A stretch of 63,818 nt of DNA, counting the filler, from Globobulimina sp. (taxonomy: Eukaryota), in assembly GCA_003354225.1 (NCBI GenBank). It is 33 parts of 33 records of this genome, joined end to end, with 100 filler letters (N's around TTAATTAATTAA, not from the genome) between each part and the next. Parts side by side here need not be neighbours in the genome. Positions count along the whole stretch, not along the records: positions 48,433 to 50,268 come from PIVH01011395.1; positions 50,369 to 52,204 come from PIVH01011396.1; positions 52,305 to 54,140 come from PIVH01011397.1; positions 54,241 to 56,076 come from PIVH01011398.1; positions 56,177 to 58,012 come from PIVH01011399.1; positions 58,113 to 59,948 come from PIVH01011400.1; positions 60,049 to 61,883 come from PIVH01011401.1; 26 more parts are not named here. One strand, 5' to 3'. The notes beneath the pieces were generated by a model. The model searched no databases, had not been told where the DNA came from, and worked only from the letters and a program-made list of their open reading frames with translations. Shown piece by piece: positions 48,556 to 60,184 of the stretch; position 1 is the stretch's first letter; each line of letters opens with the position of its first letter. The position numbers and the translations under genes are program-made.

Positions 48556-50010
48556 ATGCGAATTATTTTCATCCATAGCGGCAAATACTTTTTTAAAGAG
48601 TTAGGACCTCACTACGGCCCATTGATCAAACACTCCATGAAATTGCTTCCAATGTATGTCCATTTACAACAAATACAAGTCACAAAGCATAAAAAGCATA
48701 CACTTAAAAGCGAGATCTATTTACGTGCAAATACGAAAGAAAAAAACAAATACCGATCCATCCAATCTTTACCAACTGGCTGCATAATCGGCGTGGCATT
48801 AATCGATGCATCATATTGGTTTGCAGCCAAACACTTATCTTCGCCATGGAGTCATGGTCCATATTGCTATCATATCCGCGATGCATTCCGCGTGCCATCG
48901 GCCATTGCATGCCGCGGTAACATGGGTCTCTGGAAAATAAGCAATGGCATCCAACGAAAAATACAATCCATGGCATGCGTCATGGATAAAATCAATGAAT
49001 GGCGGCATACTTATAATATCAATGAGGAATGCAATATTTACTCTGCTTTAACTATCATGCAACCGTTCGCAGAGTGCATTATTCGAAGAATAAAAGACAT
49101 TGAAAATAGGGGACAAAAGGTGTTCAAATTAAGTGCAAATGACGGCGTATTTGAAGGTTGCCGATTTTGCATAAAACGTAGTGAAAAAACAGTGATTGAT
49201 TATGTAAAATATGGGCAACAGTTTGCAATAAGTCCGCAGCATGAAACTATCCCCAAATATATGGCACAGACTGATTTTAAATATCATCGCTCTGCGTCGC
49301 TTCTGCGATGTCAATGTGGCAGAAATAAACGCAGAAAAAAGAGGATATTTAAGGAAGATATCAATGAAAAGCCGCAGAGGAAACGGAAGAAGGTAACAAT
49401 GAAACCATTGCATGAATTGCTAAATTATGAACGTAGAAAACCAATAAAACGAATAAAAAAAAGGAAATTAAATGCATATAATTACTACGGCGACGATTTT
49501 AAAATAGAAAAGAGAAAAACTTATAATTTGCGAGGTGATAAGGCACAGAAAATGAAGTGTTTTCAGGCGTTAATAAATATGGGTTTTGATGAAGAAAAAG
49601 CAAAATGTGCATCGGACAGATGTAAGGATATTGGCCGTGCTCTTAATTATTTGGAGAGGTTGGAAAAAGTGCGAAAAAGTAAAACTCCGCAATTGGGTTA
49701 TTCTGAGTCATTGCCGTTGAGTGCGAAACGAAAACGGAAACTGGAGATAGATGATGTTGATGAGGAGAGAATGGATCATCATAATAATAAGAAGAAGAAA
49801 AGGAGAATGAGTGAGGGTGATATTGATGAGGAATATGAATTAATTAAAGCATTGCGGCAAAGCAATGTGACATATAATGCTGAGAGACAGCGTCGAGAGA
49901 ATGAGAGTGATTGCTATATTGATGATGGATGGAATAGAAACAATGAAAAGAATAAAAATAAGAAATTGTCGTCGTCAATGGTGAGCAAAATACCTCGGAG
50001 GAGGTGTTGA
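48556..50010 (+). CDS. ASCH-domain protein (permuted motif order) with basic NLS region, UBA and UIM; 5' end possibly incomplete
   Basis: IFIHSGK; LPTGCIIG; SPW..GPYCY...RGNMGLWKI; then ALTIMQPFA..I...KDIENR; UBA ALINMGFDEEKA...ALNYL; UIM EEYELIKALRQS. Confidence 0.8.
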   Translation: MRIIFIHSGKYFFKELGPHYGPLIKHSMKLLPMYVHLQQIQVTKHKKHTLKSEIYLRANTKEKNKYRSIQSLPTGCIIGVALIDASYWFAAKHLSSPWSHGPYCYHIRDAFRVPSAIACRGNMGLWKISNGIQRKIQSMACVMDKINEWRHTYNINEECNIYSALTIMQPFAECIIRRIKDIENRGQKVFKLSANDGVFEGCRFCIKRSEKTVIDYVKYGQQFAISPQHETIPKYMAQTDFKYHRSASLLRCQCGRNKRRKKRIFKEDINEKPQRKRKKVTMKPLHELLNYERRKPIKRIKKRKLNAYNYYGDDFKIEKRKTYNLRGDKAQKMKCFQALINMGFDEEKAKCASDRCKDIGRALNYLERLEKVRKSKTPQLGYSESLPLSAKRKRKLEIDDVDEERMDHHNNKKKKRRMSEGDIDEEYELIKALRQSNVTYNAERQRRENESDCYIDDGWNRNNEKNKNKKLSSSMVSKIPRRRC

Positions 50011-50368
50011 CAATTTAGAGTCAATTATTTAAGGGTTTTTTTGAAATGGTCTTATCCCATTGGATAACCCACCGAGTCAGTTGCATATATGCACACTTTG
50101 TATTTTTTCCAAGCCGTTTGTGAACCAACGAGCACTTTGGAATTATCAGCTACTCGCGTGTCAAATGCTGTTGTCACACAACATCACAAAACAATTGTCA
50201 AAAGTCGTGAAATTATAATATATATATATATATACTAAATATATATACACTTCTTTTGCGATTCTGTCNNNNNNNNNNNNNNNNNNNNNNNNNNNNNNNN
50301 NNNNNNNNNNNNTTAATTAATTAANNNNNNNNNNNNNNNNNNNNNNNNNNNNNNNNNNNNNNNNNNNN

Positions 50369-50843
50369 AAAAGTGTATTAATATGGCATCTGCTAAATTT
50401 TTAATACCAAATGCGACAATGTGACATAAAATACCTACAATAAAAGATATTCTCTCACCAATTACGTTTGTTCGTTGCATTATAATTACCACAATATTAC
50501 ACAATGTGTATGTACATAAGCAATATGTTGCAATTAAGAATGTATCTGTTTGTTCTTTGCGGTCAAGTTCGTGAACCAAAATTATAAATGCTGCAGCCCA
50601 TAATATTCCAATTATTGTTTGAAATATACCATAACATTGAACTGCTAAATCATATTGAAAATAACGACGTTTTAACCAACATTCTGCGTGCATACAAGTT
50701 GTAAATGGCCAAACTAATATATCTAATGCATATAATACACATTTTAAACATTTCCTACACTCATTATTTGTGGATTTATTGCTGGTTTGCAACTCTGAGG
50801 TACCAAGTAATGGTGTCATTTGTATAGCTGCTTGAGAAGACAT
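50369..50843 (-). CDS. Multipass membrane protein of unknown function, 3'-partial
   Basis: Several hydrophobic helices; N-terminal MTPLL. Confidence 0.55.
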
Positions 50844-50981
50844 ATATAATAAAAGTTTTTAGCAAAAGTTTTTAAGAGCATGCGTTAGTTGACCAAAAAT
50901 GTTCTATCCTCGCATATAAAATTGCAATAATAATTAAAATGTTATATAATACATGAAATCTCTCGAAAATCATTACATTAT

Positions 50982-52142
50982 TCATAATCTTGATATAATT
51001 TGTTTGGCGTCTCTCCAAACCGTACGTAATATGCCAGGATCTGGTTTATTATTTAATATACTTTCAATTCTATCAATATAATATTTATTCAATTTATTCG
51101 CAGCAGCAATAGAACCCATCGATTGTTGTAATTGATATACTTTTGTTCCTCCCAATATGCACACAGTGACATGTCTATTCTTAATGACCCATCCAATGGC
51201 TAACTCAGCCACACTGATATTCAATTCGTCAGCAATTCTCATTAATTTTTCAACTTTGACCAATTTATCCTCTGTGATATATTTCGAATGTCCTACAAAC
51301 GAACCTAATAAATTCTTACCACTCAAACGCCCATTTCTTGGCATTTGTTTATTATATTTGCCACTTAAAACACCTCTGTCCAATACATTCCATATAGTTG
51401 TTCCAAAATTATATGGGTCTTCAAAAATATCCAAATACTCCCTCTCCAATACATCTCTTGAAAACATGGAATAAAGTGGCTGTTCTATCACAGGCGGCAT
51501 CAAGTTATTTAATTTTGCGATGTAGTATGCTTCAACAATCTGTGTTGGTTTCCACATTGACGTTCCCCAATGGAATGCATAGCCTCTATCTATCATTGCA
51601 TTGAATGAGCGTACAATTTCTTCAATGCTGGTTAATGGATCGGGTCGATGCGCATATACAATATCTACATATTCCAATTGCATTCGTTTTAATGAATCAC
51701 GGATTCCTTCAAATAAATGTTTTCGAGTTAAACCCATTTCATTTACACCAACTTGTGATCGATCAGGACCCAATTTGAGATTCCCTGCTTGAGGGCCCCA
51801 ATACTATAAAAATGTATATGTTTACGTGTTTGGACACATACATTTATGCACTGCATGGATACATACAATTTTTGTTGTTAATACTAAATCAGAACGTCGC
51901 CATAATTTCGGATCTTCTCTTTGTAGTATTTTTAAAGCTTTCCCAAAATTTAGTTCAGCTAAACCACGAATTGGGTTACCATACGCTTCAGCATTGTCAA
52001 AAAAACTAACATAAATACATAAATATAATTGGAAAGGGCAATAATATGCATGTGCAAAATTAAAAGTTAAAATTCTTAACTTTACACCATATGCACGTAC
52101 ACATCTTAATAATTCTAAGGTTTTATCGACAGTGTCATATGT
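50982..52142 (-). CDS. Aldo-keto reductase, voltage-gated K+ channel beta-subunit-like, 5'-partial; introns 52006-52080 and 51804-51866
   Basis: Spliced GVNFFDNAEAYG; RRSDLVLTTKIYWG; GLTRKH...SLKRMQLEYVDIVYAHRPD; WGTS.W; EQP.Y. Confidence 0.92.
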
Positions 52143-52304
52143 CTGTGATTAATTCGATAATTTGGCAAATCACCGCAAATGTTACAGAATGAAAAAACGA
52201 CTTANNNNNNNNNNNNNNNNNNNNNNNNNNNNNNNNNNNNNNNNNNNNTTAATTAATTAANNNNNNNNNNNNNNNNNNNNNNNNNNNNNNNNNNNNNNNN
52301 NNNN

Positions 52305-53772
52305 CTAAATTGCAGCTTATTTGTCATTCTATTTCGTGACATTTATCTGTTGATTATATATTGTATGAATAACCTTTGTCCGTGCTGTATTTCGCAAAAC
52401 TGTTTGAATTTGCAACAGCATATCTATGACATCAAGAAATATCAAATACGAATGACATACATTATCAATGGAGCGATGTGGAGGAATCCTTACCGTCCAA
52501 ACAGCCGCCACATAATAATCATAACAAACGTAGATCAGTTGTCTGCATACAAATGAATGGAAATATGGACATCAATTTGAGTGAAAGTAACAGCGACACT
52601 TCGTATGATTTGCATGTTCCACAACAAATTATCGACATCGAGGCAGAAAACGACGATTTGCAGGATTTTGATGATAACAAATTAAATCGGAACAATATGA
52701 TAATTTCGCTGATATTATGATTAAATGGGAGAGGGATTATTTGCATAACCAACGCAATAAAAATAGGCCTAAACATGTCAACATTGTCAGTGATATCGAT
52801 AAGAATATATATCAAAACGAGGTACGTTCACAGTCGCAGTCTCGTGGAAGCATTGCCAATTTGGGCAAGAAACGACGCGGTTCATTGATACTGACAGCAG
52901 TCGACAACATTCGTGCGGGCATTAAAAATATCACAAATTTGAATTCCAATTTGAAAGAGCGGCAGCAACAAAAAAAAGAGTGCCACAAAGAAGCGCAGTT
53001 TCTGCGAGCGACCAAGAACAAATTAATGCATATTCCAAACTATAATATGGAGGCCGATCGCGACGTATATTATAACACAAAAACTATAGAAACACTTAAA
53101 AACAGCCATCACAAACGATCGCATGACCGGTTATCTGCAATGAGGAACAGTTTAAAATCAATTCTACCAAACAAATTCAGCAATAATTCTAATTATAAGA
53201 AAAATAAAAAGAATATTGTACATAATTATAATTTGAATAACAATTACGAGCCATTTGAATACGCCACAGATACGATGGTCATTCACGTAAAACAAGATTT
53301 ATTGACTACGGATACGGACGATATGGATATGGACGATGATGCATCGATTGCTACGTATGGCACAGCAAAGGATTGCTTGGATGATGAGTTTGAATCGGAA
53401 TTGAATGCGTTGCAATGGAATGTGGAGATGAATCCATCTGTTTCTCCAAATAGCGGCGGTGGCGGTGGCGGTGTACATGTGGTGAATGCAGAGGAGGAGG
53501 AGGAGGAAGAGGAAGAGTCTGTGAGTTTGTCATTGGAATCGATTTCAAATTCGATGGAGGAGGAAGCCTCTCCGGCACCGCCGAGGATTATCAAACAGGC
53601 TTTTCATGGGAGAGGGAGAGGGAGGAAACAGTCCATTCCATTGGAGTTCATACAGGAAAGCGGCGGGAATTCGTCAGATTATGGGTATGGCGGCGCATTG
53701 GGGGTTATGTTGACGAGCGGTGAGGATTTTAGTTGTGATGATATCGATATGATGGCTGAAGCAGTGCTTTAA
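52305..53772 (+). CDS. Low-complexity acidic protein C-terminus with two apparent single-base frameshifts (about 52430 and 52680)
   Basis: Three overlapping ORFs join if one base is added at GA(C)CAT and one at C(A)AAATT. No intron signals there. Confidence 0.45.
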
Positions 53773-54438
53773 TTTGTTTTTATAATTTATTTAACATTTC
53801 TTTGACTATTAAATTGTTTTTACTTTGGTTTTTTAAATATTATTTTTTATCTTGGTGTTGTGGGTGGGTTTGTTTTCCATTGAATATTTTATTCAATATG
53901 AGCGCGGATCGAATGGAGGTTTTTTGGTGAAGTTTACAAAAGTTTAAGTTTATTAGAACAACGTGATGGCAGATCCGGTCCGGTCATCACATCAAAATAT
54001 TTAAAACAATTCAGAAGAAGGAGATTATATATATTCATATTCAGAGAAATATACAAAATGTATTGGATAACTTTTACTGAATTACAAAAAGAGAAAATAG
54101 AGAATTACAGTTAATCAATATGAGATTCACAGAAAATATTNNNNNNNNNNNNNNNNNNNNNNNNNNNNNNNNNNNNNNNNNNNNTTAATTAATTAANNNN
54201 NNNNNNNNNNNNNNNNNNNNNNNNNNNNNNNNNNNNNNNNTACATGTTTGTGAAAACGTTTCCCGTTTGTTTTGTCTGTTTTTACCCTACTAATTGTATC
54301 TGAATGTCATATATCATATGTGTATACCTTTCTATTTATGTGTTTTCAGTTGATCGCATTCATGCTCTCGTAATTCGTAAATATTGTTCATTATTTTTGA
54401 GAGTTTTTAGTTATTACTCCGAACAAAAAACGTCAACC

Positions 54439-56076
54439 ATGAGTTTAAATGGCACGAATTCAAGTTTCTTCCCATTCACATCATTTGAGCCATACAACTC
54501 AACTCAATTTATCACAACAAAGCCACCAATAAAAGTGTTGGGTTTCAATATCAGCGGATTAGAACTGACACTTTTCTACGTTTCATTAAATGTCTTTCTT
54601 TTAATGATTATACTAGTAATGGCCTGTCGTAGTGGAGCCAAAAAAACAAAAGAAGCCCAATTACGAAAACAGCAACGACAAAAAGAACGCGAAGAACAGA
54701 AAATGAAAAAATATCAAGAAAATGCAGAACCAGTTCAAGGAGCGGTCGGGCAACAATTTGAAGTGCAATTAGCAGTGCAACCGTCCTTTGCGAAAGAAGA
54801 CATTGAGAGCGTACATTCGCAAGAATCATATCTCAGCGAAAGAAAAGAAAAGGACGATGTCATCCATTCCCATATACATAACCAACAAAGCAGTGCCAGT
54901 ATAAATGTACTATCCTTCTGTTGTGGTGCCTTTTTTGCTGACATTTTGAACCGCTCATTCATATATTCTGCATTTTTAGTGCATGTCTGGTACGTACTAT
55001 ATAATTATAAGTAGCACATGTCATACATTGGAAAATGTTATATCAGGGATCAAGGCTCAGATTTAGGTGTTATATACACATGGTTTACTGAGCCAGGCGG
55101 CAAATGGAAGTATTTGGGCTGGATCTCCATTGGAATATTAATAAATTACCGTCTATTCAGCGCCTACTCATTGCGCAAAGCGCAACGGGGGTGGCGCGAC
55201 ACCTTATTACAAGTGTTGGATTTGCAATTATTTGTCGATGTATTCCGCTCCTTTGAAGAAGTAAAACCCACCGACTCATTATACTGGATCCGAGCCATGG
55301 AAGCCGTGCTGGAGAGTTGCCCTCAGATGTTGTTACAGTTTGTGTTCTTATACGAAGAAACCAGCATTTTGGTGTGGCTGTCGTTATTTGGCAGTCTGGC
55401 CAGTGTCGTTTTTAGTTTGTTGCATTATACAGACGTCGTATTTAATATCGATACCAGTGCTAACGAAGCAAGCAGCACTTGTCAGGGCATATGGTTAGCG
55501 TTGAAGTGGTACATTGCCTATGCTTCGCGCTTTTTGTTCCGTTTATGTGAGGTGACCTCCAGGTGCATGGTCTTGGCGTTAATATGGAGTGTCTGGAACA
55601 GCATTGACCAAACAAATCTCTTTGGTGCTTACATAGTGGCTGGAATCTATGGTTTTGAACTGCTATTTTATATGTTTTTGACGCAATTTCGAATTCCACC
55701 CTGGGAGATGGCAGCCTTTGTCATGGTGAATATCGATTTGACCCTGACCTTTGAAGGGAGGGCTGGCGCATTAACCAAACCGCTGCGGCACAATCCGTTT
55801 TATGTTTGTTTTTGTAAGCCGGTGGCTGAGATGTTCACGCGGGTTACGTACGACACTGAGCAGTATTTCACTGAGCATCATTCGCGTACTTCGACAGCGA
55901 AGCATTCGAATAAATTGCAGCCATGGAACGAGAAGCAAAACAAGAATATGCTCAAATATGACGCGAATAACCCGTCGCGCCAGAAACTACTCATCGCGCC
56001 GGCTCATTATGTGTACAGATTCTTGGCATCGGTGTTCGAATTATTCTGTGTGTTGACCTATGCTGTGGTGGACGTC
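54439..56076 (+). CDS. XK-related multipass membrane protein with an extra N-terminal TM and coiled coil, 3'-partial; intron 54990-55046
   Basis: Spliced HVW|DQGSD; LLQVLDL; EAVLESCPQMLLQ; FRLCEV..R. Confidence 0.75.
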
Positions 56077-56176
56077 NNNNNNNNNNNNNNNNNNNNNNNN
56101 NNNNNNNNNNNNNNNNNNNNTTAATTAATTAANNNNNNNNNNNNNNNNNNNNNNNNNNNNNNNNNNNNNNNNNNNN

Positions 56177-58012
56177 CCCTCATATGCAGCAACATAGCCA
56201 TATGGGGCCGACTTTGACCATCGATCCACCGCCAAATCCATTGCTGAGTGTGACTCACAGTGATGACAACAACGTGAATGTGAATGTGAATGTGGGCGCT
56301 GTGGCACCGCTTGGTTTGAATCGGAGAGTGTCGACAAAGATCCTCTACACTCAGGAAAGGCTACGCGAACAGATCCGGCAGGCGGAGCAAAGAGAGGAAT
56401 TGGCGAAAAAGCAAGCAAATACGCAACGAATCGAGAATGAGCGGTTAGAGCGCGAGAATGAACAATTAAAGTTCCAGATCAATGCGGCTCGCCAGGCGCA
56501 GGCCGATGCCCTCAAACAATCGCAAGAGGCACTAACCTCAATCCAGCCGCTGCGAGTCGAGAACTCCAAGTTAAAGGAGGCCATCTCGCAGTGGAAGCAG
56601 TTGATCCAACGCAAAGACGAAGAGTTGGAAGCATTGGAGCACGAAGTGGACCATTTGCGATTAGAAAATGAAAAGTTTGAAAACGTACTACGCGATGACA
56701 AGTCGCGTATCGATGACATACAATTTAAATTGGAGAGATCCGATGCCTTATTGTCCGAATTTAAAATAAAAAGCAACCACTCTTTGACGCAAATAAAGCT
56801 CTTAAAACAGGAGAAAATCGCCTTAGAAGATGACAAACGAAATTTAGATTTACGCGTCGCACAAATTAAGGATGAAATGAAAAAATTAAAAAGAAATCAA
56901 CATTCTGGGTTAGGTTTAGACAAAAATACATTAAAACAAAAAGAAGCCGATTTATTTGATATAAATGACATCCAATTAAAGGCACCGCAGGCACAGCCAC
57001 AAGAAATGCAAATTCAAACACAAACCCAAACCCTAACACTACCGCCTCGGTCACAGGCACAAGCAGCGCAATCTGATGATGATGACACTGGCATTGTGCC
57101 CCCAGGCAGTCATGATTTTAATTTTTCTGAAATCGCAACCACCAACGCTACAAATGCTATCTATGAGTTGAATGAGTTGAATGAGCCAGGCCATGGCCAT
57201 AAGTTTACAGATGATGAGGATGAGGAAGAGGAGGAAGAGGAAGAGGAAGATTCTTATATCGATGAAGAGGTCTTCGAGGAGGTGACAGTGGATGTATTGT
57301 TTGAGGAAGAATACAATTACAAATCCTCTGTGTGGTATATGTCGGCATCGGATGTGAAGAATTATCATAAATATTTTATTCAAGCAGATAGTAACAAGGA
57401 TGGAATGGTGGATGGCAATGAAGCCAATAAATTTTTTACAAAATCCAAATTGAATCGAAAAGTCTTAGCCAAAATCTGGGTGCTGTCTGACCAGAAAAAG
57501 CAAGGCAAGTTAACCGAGCCAATGTTTTGCTCCATGTTCCATTTGGTAATGAAAATCAAGAAATCGGGCAATAAGTTATCTGCTCCCAACCAATTACCAC
57601 AATGTTTAACTGAAGCAGTTGTACAAAAATTAGGTACCAAAATACAAAAAAATATAAAAGAAAAAAAAATTATTAAAGTTGAAAATGCAAAGAAAAAGAA
57701 AGCAAAAAGAAGCAAAAAAAAAAAGAAAAAAAATACACCGCCTCCGCTACCACCACAACAAGAACAAGAACAGGAACAAGAGGCACAACAACGACAATTA
57801 ACCACTGTGATTAATTCCAATTTTGCTACTCTTGATAATGGTTTTGGTGATGATTGGGGCAATAATTTCTCATTTGATACACAAGAAACAACAAAAAAAA
57901 CAATGCCAACACAAGAAAAAGATGAAGAAATTGTTCCTCCATCGCAAGGAGCACAAGAAACGCAGCAAAAAGAACATTTTGAGGATGATGACAACTGGAA
58001 CGCATTTGGTAA
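56177..58012 (+). CDS. Coiled-coil plus EH (Eps15 homology) domain endocytic adaptor, partial
   Basis: WYMS..D...Y..YF..AD...DG.VDG.EA..FF.KSKL....L..IW.LSD....G.L...F...FHL. Confidence 0.85.
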
Positions 58013-58112
58013 NNNNNNNNNNNNNNNNNNNNNNNNNNNNNNNNNNNNNNNNNNNNTTAATTAATTAANNNNNNNNNNNNNNNNNNNNNNNNNNNNNNNN
58101 NNNNNNNNNNNN

Positions 58113-58308
58113 TGGGTGACGGTGTAGGTGAAGGAGTAGGCGAAGGTGTAGGTCGCGGTGTGGGTTTTTGCGTAGGTTTCCTGGTAGGTGGTGGTGCTGG
58201 TTGTGGTCCTGGAAAACCACCAGGAGAACCACCAGGAGAATTGTCAAATGAATTTGTGATTTGTGGATGCAGCAATATTGCTATAAACAGCAGCCAACAG
58301 TGTGACAT
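58113..58308 (-). CDS. Secreted or membrane Pro/Thr mucin-like protein, paralog of the adjacent plus-strand gene, 3'-partial
   Basis: Signal peptide MSHCWLLFIAILLHPQITNS is nearly identical to the neighbour's; PTPS repeats follow. Confidence 0.75.
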
Positions 58309-58430
58309 CATCGTAGTGCACACCACACTGACCTAAATATAATAATTTGTAATCAAAATTCGATCAAACGATTTTCTACTAGGATTTTCGTACTTTCTTA
58401 CTGTGCACAGCGGCAGCGCTATTAAAGAGG

Positions 58431-59813
58431 ATGTCGCATTACTGGCTGCTGTTTGTACCAATATTACTGCATCCACAAATCACAAATTCAACTTTTGGTT
58501 TTGGTTTTCCCGCGCCACCACCCACATGGAAACCCACACCGTCACCTACACCGTCACCGACACCTTCTCCCACCTCTCAACCAACACCTTCACCCACTGA
58601 AAACCCTTCGCCTTCGCCAACATATTTGCCTTCAACCTCGCCCACCAATTATCCATCATTGACACCATCCAATATCCCTTCATTTACGCCAACATTTATC
58701 CCTACGGCCACACCAACCGATATCCCTACATTTACACCAAGCAATGTCCCGTCCTTTGGCCCCACCTTCGATCCTTCCGCAATGCCAACCACTGCGCCTT
58801 CGTTTGAGCCAACTGATTATCCCTCATTTATACCCACAAATATCCCCACATTGATACCAACCAACGAACCCTCAACAATTCCAACAACGACACCAACGGA
58901 AGAAACAGAGAATGAGTCCAATGCCGATTTGTATACTTTCAATGAAAACAGCTATGCGGCGCCCGCTATTTTGGTGATTTTGGTCTTAATCATATTCTTA
59001 GGCGTTATCAGTGTTTGCCTCATTTGCAAGAAAAGGAAGAAGATTAAAAAGAAAAACAAGAAAATCATCAATAATATCCATGTGATGGCGGGTCACGGCG
59101 ACGCACAAAATAATATTATGCCTCCCGTACATATGTCAAATATAAATGGCGTGAAAGTACACAGCGTTTCTGACTCAAATCTGAGGATTGAGGAAATAAT
59201 TAATATCACAGCGAGTCAGCAATCGAATATTGTCAGCGATGAGATGGGTGATATGGATATTGACCGTATTGACATCGATGATTTGCAGGCTATGAATGGC
59301 GATGTCGATATTGACGCGTTGCCCATTGACGAAAATGGATATGTTTATAATGATGAATCGGACGATGAGTTTGGTACTGGCGGCGGCAATACGAAGGGGA
59401 CAGCGGGCCGCAATTTGCATGCGATTCAGAATGAAGAAGAGGAGATTATTAACATACGAAAGGATGAGGTTTATGTGTGGTTGAATGATACGGTTGGATT
59501 GACCCAATATTATGAGCTATTCGTACGAAATGGATACACCACCTTAGAAATGGTCAAATGCATCGAGGAAGCGCAGATATTGTATGATTTTGGCATTGTT
59601 TTGAGTGCGCACGTCGAGAATTTGTATGCAGCCATTTTGGCATTGAAACGGGAGTATGAAGGGAATGGGAGAAATGCCAATCAGGCCAATGTCATTCAGT
59701 ATATTTACGAAGATGGTGGGGATAGCACGGAGGAAGGTGCCAATATTAATGATTATATCGAGGACACATCGAGTTCGGATCACTTTGATCAGCATCCAAC
59801 TACCATGAAATAA
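58431..59813 (+). CDS. Type I membrane protein: signal peptide, PT mucin stalk, TM and cytoplasmic SAM domain
   Basis: PTPS repeats; TM followed by a basic stop-transfer; SAM V..WL...VGL.QYYELF..NGY..L........L...GI....H...L. Confidence 0.85.
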   Translation: MSHYWLLFVPILLHPQITNSTFGFGFPAPPPTWKPTPSPTPSPTPSPTSQPTPSPTENPSPSPTYLPSTSPTNYPSLTPSNIPSFTPTFIPTATPTDIPTFTPSNVPSFGPTFDPSAMPTTAPSFEPTDYPSFIPTNIPTLIPTNEPSTIPTTTPTEETENESNADLYTFNENSYAAPAILVILVLIIFLGVISVCLICKKRKKIKKKNKKIINNIHVMAGHGDAQNNIMPPVHMSNINGVKVHSVSDSNLRIEEIINITASQQSNIVSDEMGDMDIDRIDIDDLQAMNGDVDIDALPIDENGYVYNDESDDEFGTGGGNTKGTAGRNLHAIQNEEEEIINIRKDEVYVWLNDTVGLTQYYELFVRNGYTTLEMVKCIEEAQILYDFGIVLSAHVENLYAAILALKREYEGNGRNANQANVIQYIYEDGGDSTEEGANINDYIEDTSSSDHFDQHPTTMK

Positions 59814-60184
59814 AAGAAAATAAACGTTAAAAAATTGATTGTAAGAGTTGTAAAATATTTATGACAAAAAAAGAAGGACGTGTTTAAGTTTTCAGCGTCA
59901 GAAATTGTTTCATCATTCTTTTCACGTTCTGACAATTAATGAAAAATTNNNNNNNNNNNNNNNNNNNNNNNNNNNNNNNNNNNNNNNNNNNNTTAATTAA
60001 TTAANNNNNNNNNNNNNNNNNNNNNNNNNNNNNNNNNNNNNNNNNNNNAATGTAATATTCTATACATCACGAATTTAAAACATGGTGAGTTTAAAATAAG
60101 CTCTTTAAATCAAAAATTTCCAAAAGGCAACATTCTAAACACGTCCTATTCTAAAGTACATATGATTGTACTACAATACTATAA

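Noticed and set aside
50214-50248. (TA)n tract
   Set aside because: Ordinary microsatellite.
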